From positions 224,001 through 288,000 of the forward strand of contig CBDFIQ010000002.1 of NCBI GenBank assembly GCA_965248195.1: a stretch of DNA of 64,000 bases, read 5' to 3'. Shown here piece after piece: positions 10,140 to 19,800 of this stretch (positions within the stretch are counted from its first letter, which is position 1; each line of letters starts with the position of its first letter). The stretch is from Longimicrobiales bacterium. GTDB taxonomy: Bacteria; Gemmatimonadota; Gemmatimonadetes; Longimicrobiales; Gaopeijiaceae. Position numbers and translations under genes: made by a program. The notes beneath the pieces are model-generated. The model was not told the origin of the DNA. It saw only the letters and a list, made by a program, of their open reading frames with translations, and made no database searches.

Positions 10140-11012
10140 ATGAGCATTTTTTCAAAGCTTTCTACGGTCATCAAGTCGAATATCAACGATCTCATCTCCC
10201 GGGCAGAAAACCCGGAGAAGATGTTGAACCAAATCATTCTGGACATGCGGGACCAGCTTGCGAAGGCCAAGCGGGAAGTGGCGGCGGCCATCGCGGATGA
10301 ACGGAAGCTCCGCTCGTCGCTGGACGCCGAGGTCAAGCAGATGCGTCAATGGGAGCACCGCGCCATGCTGGCCGTCAAGGAGGGCAGGGACGACCTGGCA
10401 AAGCAGGCCTTGCTGAGGCAGCAGGAGCACGCGGACCGCGCCGGCTCGCTCGACGGAACGTGGAAGGCCCAGGCCGCAGAGACCGACAAGCTCAAGGGGT
10501 CGCTTCGGCAGTTGAATGACAAGATCGAAGAGGCCAAGCGGAAGAGAAATCTTCTGGTTGCGAAGCAGCGTCGGGCTCAAGCCCAGCGGCGCATCCACGA
10601 AACCATGTCGGGGCTCTCCAACACGTCTGCGTTCGACGCGTTCAACCGTATGGCCGAGAAGATCGAGGAGCAGGAGCGCGAGAGCCTGGCCCACCAGGAG
10701 GTAACGGAGGCGCTCGGCCCCGGAACGCTGGAAGAGGATTTCAAGACGCTGGAGAGCGGTAGTGAGGGGGGTGACGTCGAGGATCGTCTCCTGGCCTTGA
10801 AGCACGAGATGGGATTGATCGCAGCCCCTGAGGCGGAAGCGCCGAGGCGACTCGAGTCCGGCGACGACGATGTCGACACCGCCGATTCGGCGGGGGCAGC
10901 TGAAAGCTCAGACGGCCCATCCGATGCCGCCGGGCCCGCCACGCCACCGGAGCCCGTCGTTCACGAAGCCCAGCTCATCGAAGAGTTCGACAAACTAGAA
11001 AAAAGCGACTAG
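10140..11012 (+). CDS. pspA: PspA/IM30 family protein
   Basis: 'MSIFSKL...NINDLISRAENPEKMLNQ', 'GRDDLAKQAL', long coiled coil, acidic low-complexity tail. Confidence 0.93.
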   Translation: MSIFSKLSTVIKSNINDLISRAENPEKMLNQIILDMRDQLAKAKREVAAAIADERKLRSSLDAEVKQMRQWEHRAMLAVKEGRDDLAKQALLRQQEHADRAGSLDGTWKAQAAETDKLKGSLRQLNDKIEEAKRKRNLLVAKQRRAQAQRRIHETMSGLSNTSAFDAFNRMAEKIEEQERESLAHQEVTEALGPGTLEEDFKTLESGSEGGDVEDRLLALKHEMGLIAAPEAEAPRRLESGDDDVDTADSAGAAESSDGPSDAAGPATPPEPVVHEAQLIEEFDKLEKSD

Positions 11013-11071
11013 ATATTCGCCTCGGCCCGACTTTTCCGGGGTACCAAGAGTTTCCTAAAACTCCGGAGACG

Positions 11072-11917
11072 ATGAGCACGGTTTACCTGAACGGCGAATA
11101 CCTTCCCAAGGATCGGGCGACGATCTCCGTGGACGACCGGGGATTTCTGCTATCGGATGGCGTTTATGAGGTGACCCCTGCCTATCGAGGGCGTCTTTTC
11201 CGCGTGGAGCAGCATATGCGCCGGCTTCAGAACGGTCTCGGCGCCCTCCGTATCGAATTCGATCCAAAAGGGCTGCCGGAGGTGCACTCACGCCTGATCG
11301 CGGCCAACACCCTCGATGCGGAAGACGTCGCGATCGTCTATCTGCAGATCACTCGAGGAGTTGCACCAAGAACCCACTACTTCCCGCCGGAGGGGACTCC
11401 GCCCACCGTGTATGCCTTCGCCCAAGCGTACCACCGGCCGGAATCGGCCCGTTGGGAGCGGGGTTACGAGGCCATCACGGTTCCAGATCATCGCTGGGCC
11501 CGGGTCGACATCAAGTCGATCAGCCTCTTGCCGAACGTGCTGGCGCAGCAAGCCGCGGTGGACGCGGGGGTGGCGGACGCTCTTTTGGTAAAGGACGACG
11601 TCGCGCTCGAGGGGTCCCACAACAACGTGTTTGCGGTCCTCGATGGAGTGGTGACGACGCACCCTGCCACGCAGCGGATCCTGCACGGTATCGCTCGTGA
11701 GTATGTGATGGAACTGGCGCGGGCGCAGGGCCTGCCGGTAGAGGAGAGGCCCGTTCTCCTGGAGGAGATGCGGGGGGCGGAGGAAATCTTCTTTACCGGT
11801 ACGACCACGGAAGTACGACCCACGGTACGACTCGACGGCGAGCCGGTCGGGGACGGTAAGGTGGGGCCGGTCGCGAAGGCGCTTTACGAGGCCTTCAAAG
11901 CGGGGACTCGGTCTTAG
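11072..11917 (+). CDS. dat: Aminotransferase class IV, likely D-amino-acid transaminase
   Basis: 'ISVDDRGFLLSDGVYEV', 'YLQITRG', 'DIKSISLLPNVL', 'ILHGIAR', 'EEIFFTGTT'. Confidence 0.8.
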   Translation: MSTVYLNGEYLPKDRATISVDDRGFLLSDGVYEVTPAYRGRLFRVEQHMRRLQNGLGALRIEFDPKGLPEVHSRLIAANTLDAEDVAIVYLQITRGVAPRTHYFPPEGTPPTVYAFAQAYHRPESARWERGYEAITVPDHRWARVDIKSISLLPNVLAQQAAVDAGVADALLVKDDVALEGSHNNVFAVLDGVVTTHPATQRILHGIAREYVMELARAQGLPVEERPVLLEEMRGAEEIFFTGTTTEVRPTVRLDGEPVGDGKVGPVAKALYEAFKAGTRS

Positions 11918-11950
11918 TCACCCGTCGAAAGTCCGATAGACCTCCAGAGC

Positions 11951-13252
11951 TCACGGATAGATCAAATACCGCTCCCGGACCCGCTTGAAGTTCTCCAGGT
12001 CCTCTTCCCACCCGCTCACGATTTCCTCGACACCCGCCCCCGCGTCAATCGCCTGCCGCAGACGGTCGGTTCCGGCAAGGCGATCGAAATGAGCTTGGAG
12101 CCACCCCCACCGGCTACCGGACATTCGGTGCGTCTCGACCAGGAGTGCGACCGCCGCGTGGGTCGGATCGTACTCCGGCGATGTGGCCACCAGACGGACA
12201 CCCTCCACCTCCACTCCGTCGAACTTGCCATCGGAGGGCGCCCTCGGGACGAATCTGACCGGCTCGAAGCGAACGCCGGTCAGCCCGTACCCGTTCATGG
12301 CTTCGGCGAGGGACTCACCGTCCAACCACGGCGCACCGATTTGCTGGAAAGGCGCCTCGGTGCCCCTCGCCACGGATAGAGCAGTACCCTCGAAGAGGCA
12401 CGTCCCGGGATAGTGTGTGGCACTTTCGACGTTGGGCATGTTGGGCGACGGTGGGATCCACGGCAGGCCGGTCTCGGCGAAGGGCATGTCCCGAAGCCAT
12501 CCCTCGGCGGGCACGGTGTGGAGCTCCACCTCGATGCCGAACTCCCCTCGATAGTAGCTGGCCAACTCGGCAGGGGTCATGCCGTGGCGCATCGCCACGG
12601 GATACCTGCCCACGAAGGTGGCGAACGTGGGATCGAGCACGTTGCCCTGCACGGCACCGCCAATCGGATTCGGGCGGTCGAGAACGACCACCGGAATTCC
12701 CTGTTCGGCGGTGGCTTCCATCGCGAGCGTGGTCGTGGACATGTAAGTCCAGTAACGTGCGCCGATATCCTGATAGTCCATCAACAGGATGTCGATTCCC
12801 TCGAGCATCCGCGGCGTGGGTTTGCGCACCGCGCCGTACAGCGAGTAGATCGGCAGCCCTGTTTTCAGGTCGACGTCGTCTTCCACACGTGCCCCGGGAT
12901 CGGCCGTCCCTCGAATTCCGTGCTCAGGCGCGAAGAGCGCCACGAGCTCCACGTCCGGGTGCTCGTGAATCCGATCGATCGAGGATCGGCCCGAGGCGTC
13001 AACCCCGGTTTGATTGGTGATCAGCCCCACTCTGCGTCCCGCCACCAGATGGAGCGAGTCCTCCAGGAGGACCTCAATCCCCGGGCGAATTCCGCCGAAC
13101 CCCTGGTCGTCAGCTTGGTATAACGAACGATCCGGGGGCGCGTCCGGCCGGGAGCAAACGAGGAGAAGCAGGATGAAACAGGATTGTGGCACCCTCCATA
13201 ACGCCATAACTTGAACTCTGAAAGACACTTGGGCCGTTCTCCGTCTTGACAC
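11951..13252 (-). CDS. namZ: Exo-beta-N-acetylmuramidase NamZ (DUF1343) family
   Basis: 'GLITNQTG', 'LFAPEHG', 'QDIGARYWTY', 'VLDRPNP', 'RHGMT', 'PPSPNMP', 'FEGT'; true start may be slightly downstream. Confidence 0.9.
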   Translation of the reverse strand: MSRRRTAQVSFRVQVMALWRVPQSCFILLLLVCSRPDAPPDRSLYQADDQGFGGIRPGIEVLLEDSLHLVAGRRVGLITNQTGVDASGRSSIDRIHEHPDVELVALFAPEHGIRGTADPGARVEDDVDLKTGLPIYSLYGAVRKPTPRMLEGIDILLMDYQDIGARYWTYMSTTTLAMEATAEQGIPVVVLDRPNPIGGAVQGNVLDPTFATFVGRYPVAMRHGMTPAELASYYRGEFGIEVELHTVPAEGWLRDMPFAETGLPWIPPSPNMPNVESATHYPGTCLFEGTALSVARGTEAPFQQIGAPWLDGESLAEAMNGYGLTGVRFEPVRFVPRAPSDGKFDGVEVEGVRLVATSPEYDPTHAAVALLVETHRMSGSRWGWLQAHFDRLAGTDRLRQAIDAGAGVEEIVSGWEEDLENFKRVRERYLIYP

Positions 13253-13270
13253 AGAGGATTTTTAGTTCAC

Positions 13271-15199
13271 TTGATGACAACCCAGAACATTTCCCGACTC
13301 CCCAAGAGTAACCCTGCGGGAAGCTTCTGGATCCTGGTGCTTCTGGTTTCCGCGTGCCACCAGCAGGCCGTCACGACCGCATCGGCCCCTCCAACGGAGA
13401 CTCCGGCGGAGGTCGCTCAGGCGGAAGGCGGCCCATCGGCGAACGTCCCACCCGCACCGGTCCCAGAGCCCGTAGCCTCTCCGCAGGCCCCCCCGGCGAC
13501 CCGGCGTCCTCCCCTCACTTGGGCGCAAAGGACGCTCGCACGGATGACGCTCCGCGAAAAAGTCGGGCAGCTGATGATGCCCTTCGTGCTCGGCAATTTC
13601 GCACCCGAAGGCAGTGAGACGCACGACCGCATCGTCAATGTGATTGAGCAAGAGAACGTCGGAGCGGTGATCATGTCGGTTGGGTCACCGAGCGAGGTGG
13701 CGGTCAAGCTCAACGACCTCCAGAATCACTCCAAGTATCCACTGTTGGTGGCCGCGGACCTGGAGACGGGGGCCGGATTCCGCTTCAGGGGAGCCGTTCA
13801 TATCCCGACGAACATCGCGCTGGGTGGGGCGACCACGTTCCCGTCGCTGATGGCGTTCGGTGCTACAGGCGACCCCCGGCATGCGTACCAATTGGGAAGA
13901 ATAACGGCGCTGGAGGCCCGCACCATGGGTGTCCACGTGCCTTTCGCTCCGGTCCTGGACGTCAACAACAACCCCGATAATCCGATCATCAACATTCGCT
14001 CCTTCGGGGAAGATCCGAATGCGGTCGCGGCCTTGGGCGCAGCCTTCGTTCGGGGCCTTCAGGATTATGGCGCTGTGGCGACCGGTAAACATTTCCCTGG
14101 CCACGGAGATACGGGAACCGACTCCCACCTGGATTTGCCCGTAATTCGAGTCGGGCGTGAGCGCCTCGATGCCGTCGAGTTGGTGCCCTTCCGCGCGGCC
14201 ATCGCTGCCGGCATGCAAGGTATCATGACGGCGCATATAGCGGTGCCGGAGATCAGTGGGGAGACGATTCCGGCGACCGTGTCCAAGCCGATGCTCACCG
14301 ACCTACTTCGGTCCGACCTGGGATTCGATGGGATCGTTTTTACCGATGCGATGGACATGGCCGCCGTAAACCGGCTCTTTCCCAGGGGCGAGGCCGCAGT
14401 GCGTGCCGTGCTGGCGGGAGCGGATGTCATTGTCATGCCACGAGACGTGAAGCAGGCCATCGATGCGATCATCGAAGCAATCGATGAAGGGCGACTGACC
14501 GAAGCCCGTCTCGATGAGTCGGTCGGCAGGTTGTTGCGCCTCAAGGAGGACTTGGACCTCGACGAAGAGCGCGCGGTACCCCTCGAGATGATTCCGCAAG
14601 TCGTGGGGGTGCCCGAGCACATGGAAATGGCGCGCGAGGTTGCTGAACGCTCGATCACACTGATCCAGAACGAGCGCAACTTGTTGCCTCTCCTGGGGAC
14701 GCGCAGGGCCCGCGTGATGTCCGTGAGCTTCCGTAATCCCGGGGACGTTCTGTCGGGGCGGTATTTCGACGGGCGGCTCCGCGAGACCTATCCCCGGCTC
14801 GTGACGAGATCTGTGGATGAGGGTACTAATTCAGAGGGCTACGAGGCGCTCCTCAATCGGGCGGGACGGTCCGACCTCGTGGTCGTGTCGGTCTATTCGA
14901 ACTACGCCGGCCGGGTCGAGCTTCCCGACGCCACCGTGGAGTTCGTGAACGAGCTCGCCAGAAGGAGAATCACACACGTCGTGATCTCGTTCGGGAATCC
15001 TTACCTGATCTCGCTGTTTCCGGATGCTCAGGTGTATCTGTTGGCGTGGAGTTCGGCTCAGGTCAGCCAGCAGGCGGCGGCGGACGCTTTGTTTGGGGAC
15101 GTCGCGATCACCGGCCGCAGCCCCATTCGAATGGACCCGTTCTTCGAAGTGGGTGACGGTATCCAGGTACCGCTGAAGGTGAGTGTCGGTGGGAGGTAG
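13271..15199 (+). CDS. nagZ: GH3 beta-N-acetylhexosaminidase (NagZ-like), lipoprotein
   Basis: KHFPGHGDTGTDSH NagZ motif, 'FTDAMDM', GH3 C-terminal domain, LVSAC lipobox-like signal. Confidence 0.88.
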   Translation: MMTTQNISRLPKSNPAGSFWILVLLVSACHQQAVTTASAPPTETPAEVAQAEGGPSANVPPAPVPEPVASPQAPPATRRPPLTWAQRTLARMTLREKVGQLMMPFVLGNFAPEGSETHDRIVNVIEQENVGAVIMSVGSPSEVAVKLNDLQNHSKYPLLVAADLETGAGFRFRGAVHIPTNIALGGATTFPSLMAFGATGDPRHAYQLGRITALEARTMGVHVPFAPVLDVNNNPDNPIINIRSFGEDPNAVAALGAAFVRGLQDYGAVATGKHFPGHGDTGTDSHLDLPVIRVGRERLDAVELVPFRAAIAAGMQGIMTAHIAVPEISGETIPATVSKPMLTDLLRSDLGFDGIVFTDAMDMAAVNRLFPRGEAAVRAVLAGADVIVMPRDVKQAIDAIIEAIDEGRLTEARLDESVGRLLRLKEDLDLDEERAVPLEMIPQVVGVPEHMEMAREVAERSITLIQNERNLLPLLGTRRARVMSVSFRNPGDVLSGRYFDGRLRETYPRLVTRSVDEGTNSEGYEALLNRAGRSDLVVVSVYSNYAGRVELPDATVEFVNELARRRITHVVISFGNPYLISLFPDAQVYLLAWSSAQVSQQAAADALFGDVAITGRSPIRMDPFFEVGDGIQVPLKVSVGGR

Positions 15200-18100
15200 G
15201 ACGTTCGCTTGCGCGGCTGTTCTGATAGTCCTGTGGTCGAGTGGGTGTGGGGGGATGGGCGGATCCACGTCGATCGGTGCCTCGAGCGCGTTCGGTGGGG
15301 GGTCCTTTGCGGCCGCCGGTCCAGTGACTCCCGGCCGGGCGTCGCTGGGCGCGGACGGCCGACGGTGGGTCGATGAGACCCTGTCTTCGCTGACCCTCCG
15401 GCAACAGGTCGCCCAACTCGTAATCCAATGGCTTCCCGGCTCATTCGCGTCGACCAGTAGCCCCGAATTTCAAGAATGGGCGCGGTGGGTGGAGGACGAC
15501 GAGATCGGTGGCATCTATCTGTCGATAGGGCTTCCGCATTCGTACGCTGCCAAGATCAACGAGTTACAGGCTCGGTCCAGGATCCCGCTGTTGGTGACCT
15601 CCGATTTCGAGAACGGTGGGCCCGGTATGCGGATCAACCATTCGTATGCGCTGCCGTCGCTTCTTCCGCTGGGTGGCGGAACGAGCTTCCCGCCCACGAT
15701 GGCCTTCGGGGCCATCGGGCATGAACGCTTCGCTCGCGAGTACGGCCGGATTACCGCGGTGGAGGCGAAGGCCGTGGGGCTGCATCTCAATTTCGCGCCG
15801 GTTCTGGACGTGAACTCGAATCCGGAAAACCCGGTGATCAACACCCGTTCCTTCGGGGAGGACCCGGAGACGGTGGCCCGTCTCGGAGCCGCCTTCATCG
15901 AGGGCTCTCACGAAGGCGGAGTCCTGGCGACCGCGAAGCATTTCCCCGGGCATGGTGACACCCAGACGGATTCTCATGTGGCGCTTCCGGTGGTACCGGC
16001 GGATTTGGCCCGGCTCAACTCCTTGGAGCTCGTGCCCTTCCGGAAGGCCATCGATCAGGGCGTGGATGCGGTTATGACCGCCCACGTGGTGGTGGCCGGA
16101 GTGCAAGGGTTGGAAGGAGCGCCGGCCACGTTCGATGCACGAATCATGACCGACCTGCTGCGGGACGACCTGGGTTTCGACGGGCTCCTCTTCACGGACG
16201 CGCTCGTCATGGGCGCTCTCGCGGAACGGTATGGCACCGGAGACGTTGCGGTCCTGGCTCTCCAGGCCGGCAGTGATGTGCTCCTGATGCCAACCGATGT
16301 GACGGAGGCCATCGATGCCGTGATGACCGCCGTGGACCAAGGACGGCTCGAACCCGATCGAATCCGCACGTCCGCACGTCGGGTCCTCGAGACGAAGGCT
16401 CGGGCCGGCCTGCACATGGGTCGGATGGTCGATCTGGACGCTGTCGACGACGTGGTGGGGACGGCGGCCCATTTGGCGTTCGCGGACACGGTCGCGACCC
16501 GATCCATCACGCTTCTCAGGGATCGGGACGCCGTCCTGCCAGTGGATGCACGCTGGACGAGGAGGGTCCTCAGCCTGACATACGGACGCCCGGACGATCT
16601 CATCGCCGGCAGCACGTTCGATGCGGCGCTCGCGAGCATAGTCGAGGTGACGGAGCGGGTAAGGGTCGGACCCGACACGCCTGCGGAGGTCTACGACTCG
16701 CTCAAGGGTTTGGCTGGGGAGGCCGACCTGGTGATCGTAAGTGTGTACGCACCCCCAAGGTCGGGGACGGGGGAGGTCTCTGTGTCCGAGGAGATGGCGG
16801 ACTTTATCGCAGCGGTCGGTCCAGAGCGCCCGATGATGGTGATCTCCTTCGGCAATCCCTATCTGCTGGCGGCTTTGCCGGGATCACCCGGGTATCTGAT
16901 CGCCTGGGGAGCGCACGAGGTTTCGCAAAAGGCCGCGGTGAGGGTGCTCTTCGGTCAGGCGGCCATCAGCGGGCGCCTGCCTGTGTCCATCCCGCCCTAT
17001 CACGGAATCGGGGATGGGCTCACGCGTTCGGCGCTGCCGGATCCGGTCGACGTGCCCCGGTCCCCGGTGGAGGTCGATCCGGAGACCGTGGGCATGGACG
17101 CCGATCGCCTCGCGGAAATCGACACCCTGGTGGTCCGAGCGCTGGCCGACTCGGCGGCACCGGGAGCGGTTCTTGCGATCGGGCGGCACGGGCGGTTCGT
17201 ACGCCTTCGCGGCTATGGGAAGCTGGATTGGGCCGAGTCAGCTCGCCCCGCCGACACCCGTTCCATCTACGATCTCGCATCGCTCACCAAGGTGGTGGGA
17301 ACCACCACGGCGGCCATGCTGTTGGTGGATGAGGGGAGTCTGGATCTGGATGCTCCGGTGGTCGATTATCTTCCGTGGTGGGCGGCTGGTGACCCGGCCA
17401 AGGAGAGCGTGACGGTCCGCCATCTCTTGCTTCACAGGGCCGGGCTGCCTCCGTTTCGACGGTTTTATCTCGAGATGGAAGGAAGACCCGCCTATTTGAG
17501 CGCCATCGCCGGTTTGGAATTGGATTACGAACCCGGTACCCGGACGGTCTATTCCGACATCGGTCTCATGACCCTGGCCTTCATCATCGAGAGGATGAGC
17601 GGCCAGGGACTCGATGAGTTTCTGGAACAAAGAGTGTGGGGCCGCCTAGGGATGCGCGATACGAGATTTCGGCCCGCTCGAGCGCTCAGAGACCGCATCG
17701 CGCCCACGGAGGTCGACACGGTTCTCCGGAACACGCATGTGCATGGGGTCGTCCACGACGAGAACGCCTATGCGATCGGTGGGGTCGCCGGGCACGCGGG
17801 CCTTTTCTCCACCGCCTCCGACCTTGCGGTCATTGCCCAGGTGCTCCTAGAGGGGGGGCGAGTGGTCGGATGTGAGCGGGAGGATTCGGATGGTCTCGGA
17901 GTGGGTGGCAATGGCGGGGGGAGGATTTGTGCCGCCGGCAGTGCGGGTAGCGTGCGATTGGTGTCAGAGGAGACCGTGCGAGCGTTCACGAGGCGGTTCG
18001 ATTCGCAAGCCTCCCGCGCAATGGGCTGGGACACGCCCGGCGATCGATCTTCGGCCGGCGATTATTTTACATGGAGCGCGTTCGGGCACACAGGCTTCAC

Positions 18101-18269
18101 CGGAACCTCGATCTGGATCGATCCCGAGCTCGACATGTTCGTCGTGCTGTTGACCAACCGAGTGAACCCCACGAGGAACAATGACAAGCACGTACCGCTC
18201 CGCCGCGCCCTCCACGATCTGGCTGCACTGGCGATCACCGACCTGCAGGTTTCACTCCGTGGAGGCTGA
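15183..18269 (+). CDS. GH3 beta-N-acetylhexosaminidase fused to a beta-lactamase-fold serine hydrolase (AmiE-like)
   Basis: KHFPGHGDTQTDSH in the N-terminal half; SxxK (ASLTK), 'YSDIG', 'GVVHDENA', 'GHAGLFS', 'FGHTGFTGT' in the C-terminal half. Confidence 0.88.
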   Translation: MSVGGRTFACAAVLIVLWSSGCGGMGGSTSIGASSAFGGGSFAAAGPVTPGRASLGADGRRWVDETLSSLTLRQQVAQLVIQWLPGSFASTSSPEFQEWARWVEDDEIGGIYLSIGLPHSYAAKINELQARSRIPLLVTSDFENGGPGMRINHSYALPSLLPLGGGTSFPPTMAFGAIGHERFAREYGRITAVEAKAVGLHLNFAPVLDVNSNPENPVINTRSFGEDPETVARLGAAFIEGSHEGGVLATAKHFPGHGDTQTDSHVALPVVPADLARLNSLELVPFRKAIDQGVDAVMTAHVVVAGVQGLEGAPATFDARIMTDLLRDDLGFDGLLFTDALVMGALAERYGTGDVAVLALQAGSDVLLMPTDVTEAIDAVMTAVDQGRLEPDRIRTSARRVLETKARAGLHMGRMVDLDAVDDVVGTAAHLAFADTVATRSITLLRDRDAVLPVDARWTRRVLSLTYGRPDDLIAGSTFDAALASIVEVTERVRVGPDTPAEVYDSLKGLAGEADLVIVSVYAPPRSGTGEVSVSEEMADFIAAVGPERPMMVISFGNPYLLAALPGSPGYLIAWGAHEVSQKAAVRVLFGQAAISGRLPVSIPPYHGIGDGLTRSALPDPVDVPRSPVEVDPETVGMDADRLAEIDTLVVRALADSAAPGAVLAIGRHGRFVRLRGYGKLDWAESARPADTRSIYDLASLTKVVGTTTAAMLLVDEGSLDLDAPVVDYLPWWAAGDPAKESVTVRHLLLHRAGLPPFRRFYLEMEGRPAYLSAIAGLELDYEPGTRTVYSDIGLMTLAFIIERMSGQGLDEFLEQRVWGRLGMRDTRFRPARALRDRIAPTEVDTVLRNTHVHGVVHDENAYAIGGVAGHAGLFSTASDLAVIAQVLLEGGRVVGCEREDSDGLGVGGNGGGRICAAGSAGSVRLVSEETVRAFTRRFDSQASRAMGWDTPGDRSSAGDYFTWSAFGHTGFTGTSIWIDPELDMFVVLLTNRVNPTRNNDKHVPLRRALHDLAALAITDLQVSLRGG

Positions 18270-18311
18270 CCCGACCGGATACCCTGACTCGTCGACACCC
18301 CGGGGGGGCGC

Positions 18312-19793
18312 CTGAACGCCTTCACCCCGCTCGACTTCGGCGTACTCCTGGTCTACCTCGCGGGGGTGACGGCGTGGGGGGCGTGGCTGGGACGCGGGCA
18401 GACCGGCGGGCAGGACTACTTCCTCGGGAACAGGGAGCTTCCATGGGTCGCAGTAATGCTGTCCGTGGTCGCCACTGAGACCAGCACCCTCACTTTCTTG
18501 AGTATCCCTGGTGTTTCGTACCTGGGAACGCTCGCGTTTCTCCAACTGACGTTCGGGTATCTGGCTGGCCGGGTGGTGGTGTCGATGTTCCTGCTTCCGG
18601 CCTACTACCGCGGCGACCTGGCCACTGCCTACGCGCTTCTCGAACAACGTTTTGGGCAGAGGGCCCGGCGGTTCGCCTCGGCAGTCTTCATGGTCACACG
18701 GCTGCTGGCCGACTCCGTGAGGCTTTTCGCCACTGCGATCCCTCTGGCCCTGGTTACGGGGTGGGATTATCCGGTGTCGATCGTCGTGATTGGGGCGATC
18801 ACGGTCGTGTATACCTATTTCGGGGGAATCAAGGCCGTCGTCTGGGTGGATGCCGTTCAGATGGGCCTTTACCTCTTGGGCGCCCTCGTGGCGATCGGGG
18901 CGCTTCAGGTGCTCACGCCGGAGGGGTGGGCGGGCATTCTGAGTAGTGCGGGTGCGGCCGGCAAGTTGGCCGTCCTGGACTTGTCCCTCGACTTCGCGGT
19001 GCCGTATACGCTCTGGGCGGGGGTCCTGGGGGGTGGGTTTCTCACGATGGCGTCGCATGGGACCGATCAACTCATCGTCCAGCGGTTGCTCACATGTCGG
19101 AATCTTGCGGCCAGCAAGAAGGCGCTGGTGGGAAGCGGCGTCGTAGTGATCGGTCAGTTTCTGCTGTTCCTGGTCGTGGGTCTCGGGCTATGGGTGTATT
19201 ACGGAGGCAGAGCCTTCAATACCAGCGACGAAATTTTTGCCCGGTTTGTGGTAGAGGTGCTCCCTCCGGGCATTAGCGGGTTACTCGTCGCTGGGGTCTT
19301 CGCCGCAGCGATGTCTTCGCTCTCTTCGTCGATCAACTCGCTCGCGTCGGCCGCGGCATACGATTTTTGGGCTCCCCTGGCCGGCGCCGAGGACGATGAG
19401 GTCCGTACGCTGCGAGCGGGGAAGGTGTTCACACTCGTGTGGGCCACCCTTCTGGTCGGTGGGGGCGTGTTGTTCATCCCGCTCAGCGAGGGAAACGCGG
19501 CGGTGGAGGTAGCCCTAGCCATCGCCTCCATGGTTTATGGAGGTCTGCTGGGGATGTTCATCCTGGCGGTTCGTTCGCGGAGGGCCGACCAACGCAGTGC
19601 CATCGTTGGGATGATCGCGGGCATTGGCGTGGTCACGATCATTTGGATCTTCGCCCGTGCCGATGTGGCGTGGCCCTGGTTCGTGCCGATCGGCACGGCT
19701 GTCACCGCGAGTGTCGGCTGGGTGCTGGGGCGGGGCAACGGATCGGCTCCAGGATCACGCTCTGCCACCGCGAGTCCTGCGGCTTCGGGCTGA
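18312..19793 (+). CDS. Sodium:solute symporter (SSS) family, probably for amino sugars
   Basis: 'DYFLGNR', 'SVVATETS', 'YTYFGGIKAVVWVD', 'DQLIVQRLL', 'AAAMSSLSSSINSLAS'; the frame extends upstream of the 18366 GTG to a CTG at 18312 (LNAFTPLDFGVLLVYL = first TM helix). Confidence 0.88.
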   Translation: MNAFTPLDFGVLLVYLAGVTAWGAWLGRGQTGGQDYFLGNRELPWVAVMLSVVATETSTLTFLSIPGVSYLGTLAFLQLTFGYLAGRVVVSMFLLPAYYRGDLATAYALLEQRFGQRARRFASAVFMVTRLLADSVRLFATAIPLALVTGWDYPVSIVVIGAITVVYTYFGGIKAVVWVDAVQMGLYLLGALVAIGALQVLTPEGWAGILSSAGAAGKLAVLDLSLDFAVPYTLWAGVLGGGFLTMASHGTDQLIVQRLLTCRNLAASKKALVGSGVVVIGQFLLFLVVGLGLWVYYGGRAFNTSDEIFARFVVEVLPPGISGLLVAGVFAAAMSSLSSSINSLASAAAYDFWAPLAGAEDDEVRTLRAGKVFTLVWATLLVGGGVLFIPLSEGNAAVEVALAIASMVYGGLLGMFILAVRSRRADQRSAIVGMIAGIGVVTIIWIFARADVAWPWFVPIGTAVTASVGWVLGRGNGSAPGSRSATASPAASG

Positions 19794-19800
19794 CCGTCGC

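Noticed and set aside
15179..15200. The peptide VSVGGR encoded in two frames at the GH3/GH3 overlap, hinting at programmed fusion
   Set aside because: G/T-rich low-complexity coincidence; the downstream gene has its own lipoprotein-like signal and there is no slippery site
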